Source of the DNA: Phycisphaerae bacterium | GTDB lineage: Bacteria; Planctomycetota; Phycisphaerae; WQYP01 | Direction of reading: 5' to 3' | Length of the DNA: 53,542 nt | NCBI GenBank assembly: GCA_049965775.1 | Contig: JBMFVX010000001.1 | Coordinates: 9,483 to 63,024, forward strand | Shown: positions 52,387 through 53,542 of the stretch, one piece after another | Layout: every line of letters begins with the position of its first letter | How positions within the stretch are numbered: position 1 is the first letter of the stretch | The notes under the pieces: generated by a model | The model's input: the letters and a program-made list of their open reading frames with translations, nothing else | Database searches by the model: none | What the model was told of the DNA's origin: nothing | Translations under genes and position numbers: made by a program

Positions 52387-53542
52387 ATGAATATAAACCC
52401 ATCGGCCGGCAAGCCACCCGAAGCCGCAAATCTGGTAGACATTCCGAAGCTCATCACGGCGTATTATGCTGATCGGCCGGATGTCTCTATTCCGGAGCAG
52501 CGCGTGGCCTTTGGCACCTCGGGCCATAGAGGCAGCTCGCTGGAGGCGGCATTTAATGAGTGGCATATTCTGGCGATCACGCAGGCCATATGTCTGTATC
52601 GCGCTGCTCATGGCATTTCAGGACCACTGTTTATGGGAATGGATACGCATGCGCTATCTACCCCGGCCCATGCCACCGCGATTGAGGTGCTCGCCGCCAA
52701 TCATGTGCAGGTTATGATTGCCGACGCGGCTCTTGGTACGCCTTACACCCCGACGCCGGTGGTGTCGCATGCAATTCTTAATCACAATCGCGGGCGTAAA
52801 ACGGGCTTGGCGGATGGCATTATTATTACCCCGTCGCATAATCCGCCGCTCGACGGCGGGTTTAAATACAATCCGCCGACTGGTGGGCCTGCGGACAGCA
52901 CCGTCACCAACTGGATTCAAGCCAAGGCCAACGAAATACTGCAAGCCGGCCTTGCGGGCGTTAAGCGCATGCCTCTGCAACAGGCGCTGCGTGCCGCTAC
53001 AACCCAACTGTACGACTATCGCAGCGGTTACATCGCGGAGCTTGACCAGGTGATTAATCTGGCGGCTGTATCTAACGCGAAATTGCGAATGGGGGTAGAC
53101 CCGCTGGGTGGGGCGGGGGTGCATTATTGGGCGCTTATTGCCGAACGCTACAAGCTCGACCTTACCGTGGTCAACATAAATGTGGACCCGACATTTCGAT
53201 TCTTGACTCTGGATTGGGATGGTCAAATTCGCATGGATCCGTCATCGCCGTATGCTATGGCCAATCTGATTGGTATGAAGGACCGCTTTGATATTTCCTT
53301 CGCATGCGATACCGATCACGACCGTCATGGCATTGTGGCCCGCAGTTGCGGACTGATGCCGCCCAATCACTACCTTTCTGTTGCGATATGGCATTTGCTG
53401 CTGCATCGGCCCCGGTGGTCCGGCAAGGCGGCCATCGGCAAAACGCTGGTGAGCAGCCGCATGATTGACCGTGTCACGGCCAAGTTGGGCCGGCGTATTT
53501 GCGAAACGCCGGTAGGCTTTAAGTGGTTTGTAGACGGCCTGC
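52387..53542 (+). CDS. pgm: Phosphoglucomutase, alpha-D-glucose-phosphate-specific (3'-truncated by the window edge)
   Basis: Not in the ORF track because it has no stop. I translated frame 1 from the ATG at 52387 to the window end without a stop: MNINPSAGKPPEAANLVDIPKLITAYY..., FGTSGHRGSS, active-site IIITPSHNPPLDGGFKYNPP, Mg site DTDHDRHG. It closely parallels E. coli Pgm as I remember it. Confidence 0.95.
   Translation, partial: MNINPSAGKPPEAANLVDIPKLITAYYADRPDVSIPEQRVAFGTSGHRGSSLEAAFNEWHILAITQAICLYRAAHGISGPLFMGMDTHALSTPAHATAIEVLAANHVQVMIADAALGTPYTPTPVVSHAILNHNRGRKTGLADGIIITPSHNPPLDGGFKYNPPTGGPADSTVTNWIQAKANEILQAGLAGVKRMPLQQALRAATTQLYDYRSGYIAELDQVINLAAVSNAKLRMGVDPLGGAGVHYWALIAERYKLDLTVVNINVDPTFRFLTLDWDGQIRMDPSSPYAMANLIGMKDRFDISFACDTDHDRHGIVARSCGLMPPNHYLSVAIWHLLLHRPRWSGKAAIGKTLVSSRMIDRVTAKLGRRICETPVGFKWFVDGL

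Noticed and set aside
1-53542. Search for mobile elements, CRISPR arrays, defence systems, toxin-antitoxin pairs, rRNA, tRNA, tmRNA and RNase P
   Set aside because: I found no direct-repeat arrays, terminal inverted repeats, or transposase, integrase, recombinase or phage-like ORFs. I also saw no tRNA cloverleaf or conserved ncRNA cores. The PIN domain here is fused to PhoH (a housekeeping type) and is not a VapC toxin with an antitoxin.

Overview
GC-rich (about 58-60% by eye), densely packed bacterial chromosomal segment with roughly 40 protein genes. I found no rRNA or tRNA genes, CRISPR arrays, transposases, integrases, phage genes or recognisable defence genes, and no obvious transcription-factor gene. 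LEFT PART (mostly minus strand): Qor-type oxidoreductase, PIN-PhoH ATPase, a three-gene Hsp20 operon behind a long inverted repeat, and a Na+/solute symporter with a small 2-TM partner. It also carries a tail-anchored coiled-coil orphan, hrpB, a degenerate GT4-like gene, a PyrK-like flavoprotein, an aldo/keto reductase, an ArsB/NhaD-type permease with an AsmA-like partner, a secreted GH-A-like hydrolase, dnaG, recJ and purQ. CENTRE: hppA (membrane H+-pyrophosphatase with the K+-independent signature) plus a HoxN/NixA nickel permease. These are transcribed divergently, across a 657-nt partly AT-rich control region, from a 16-kb block of 16 same-strand genes: hypFCDE-hoxEFUYHW-nifJ-(DHOD-like)-hypAB. 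That block is a complete HoxEFUYH-type (group 3d, bidirectional NAD(P)-linked) [NiFe] hydrogenase with all maturation genes. Pyruvate:ferredoxin oxidoreductase and an uncharacterised dihydroorotate-dehydrogenase-like flavoprotein are embedded between hoxW and hypA. RIGHT PART: a CrtI-family desaturase + aldehyde dehydrogenase pair, an M42 peptidase, a glycogen debranching enzyme, a second aldo/keto reductase, and a 3'-truncated phosphoglucomutase that is missing from the ORF track. BEST CANDIDATES FOR SOMETHING UNDESCRIBED: (1) the translationally coupled PFOR/DHOD-like pair inside the hydrogenase operon; (2) the nickel-permease/H+-PPase operon facing it; (3) the 14-bp-arm inverted repeat at the Hsp20 promoter, which matches none of the heat-shock operators I know; (4) a SNARE-like-architecture tail-anchored coiled-coil orphan. 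This is an ordinary chromosomal region rather than an accessory island, and all functional links are inferences from gene order and motifs read by eye. The taxon cannot be assigned from this window; the gene content fits an anaerobic or facultative fermenter, and PVC/Planctomycetota is only a guess.
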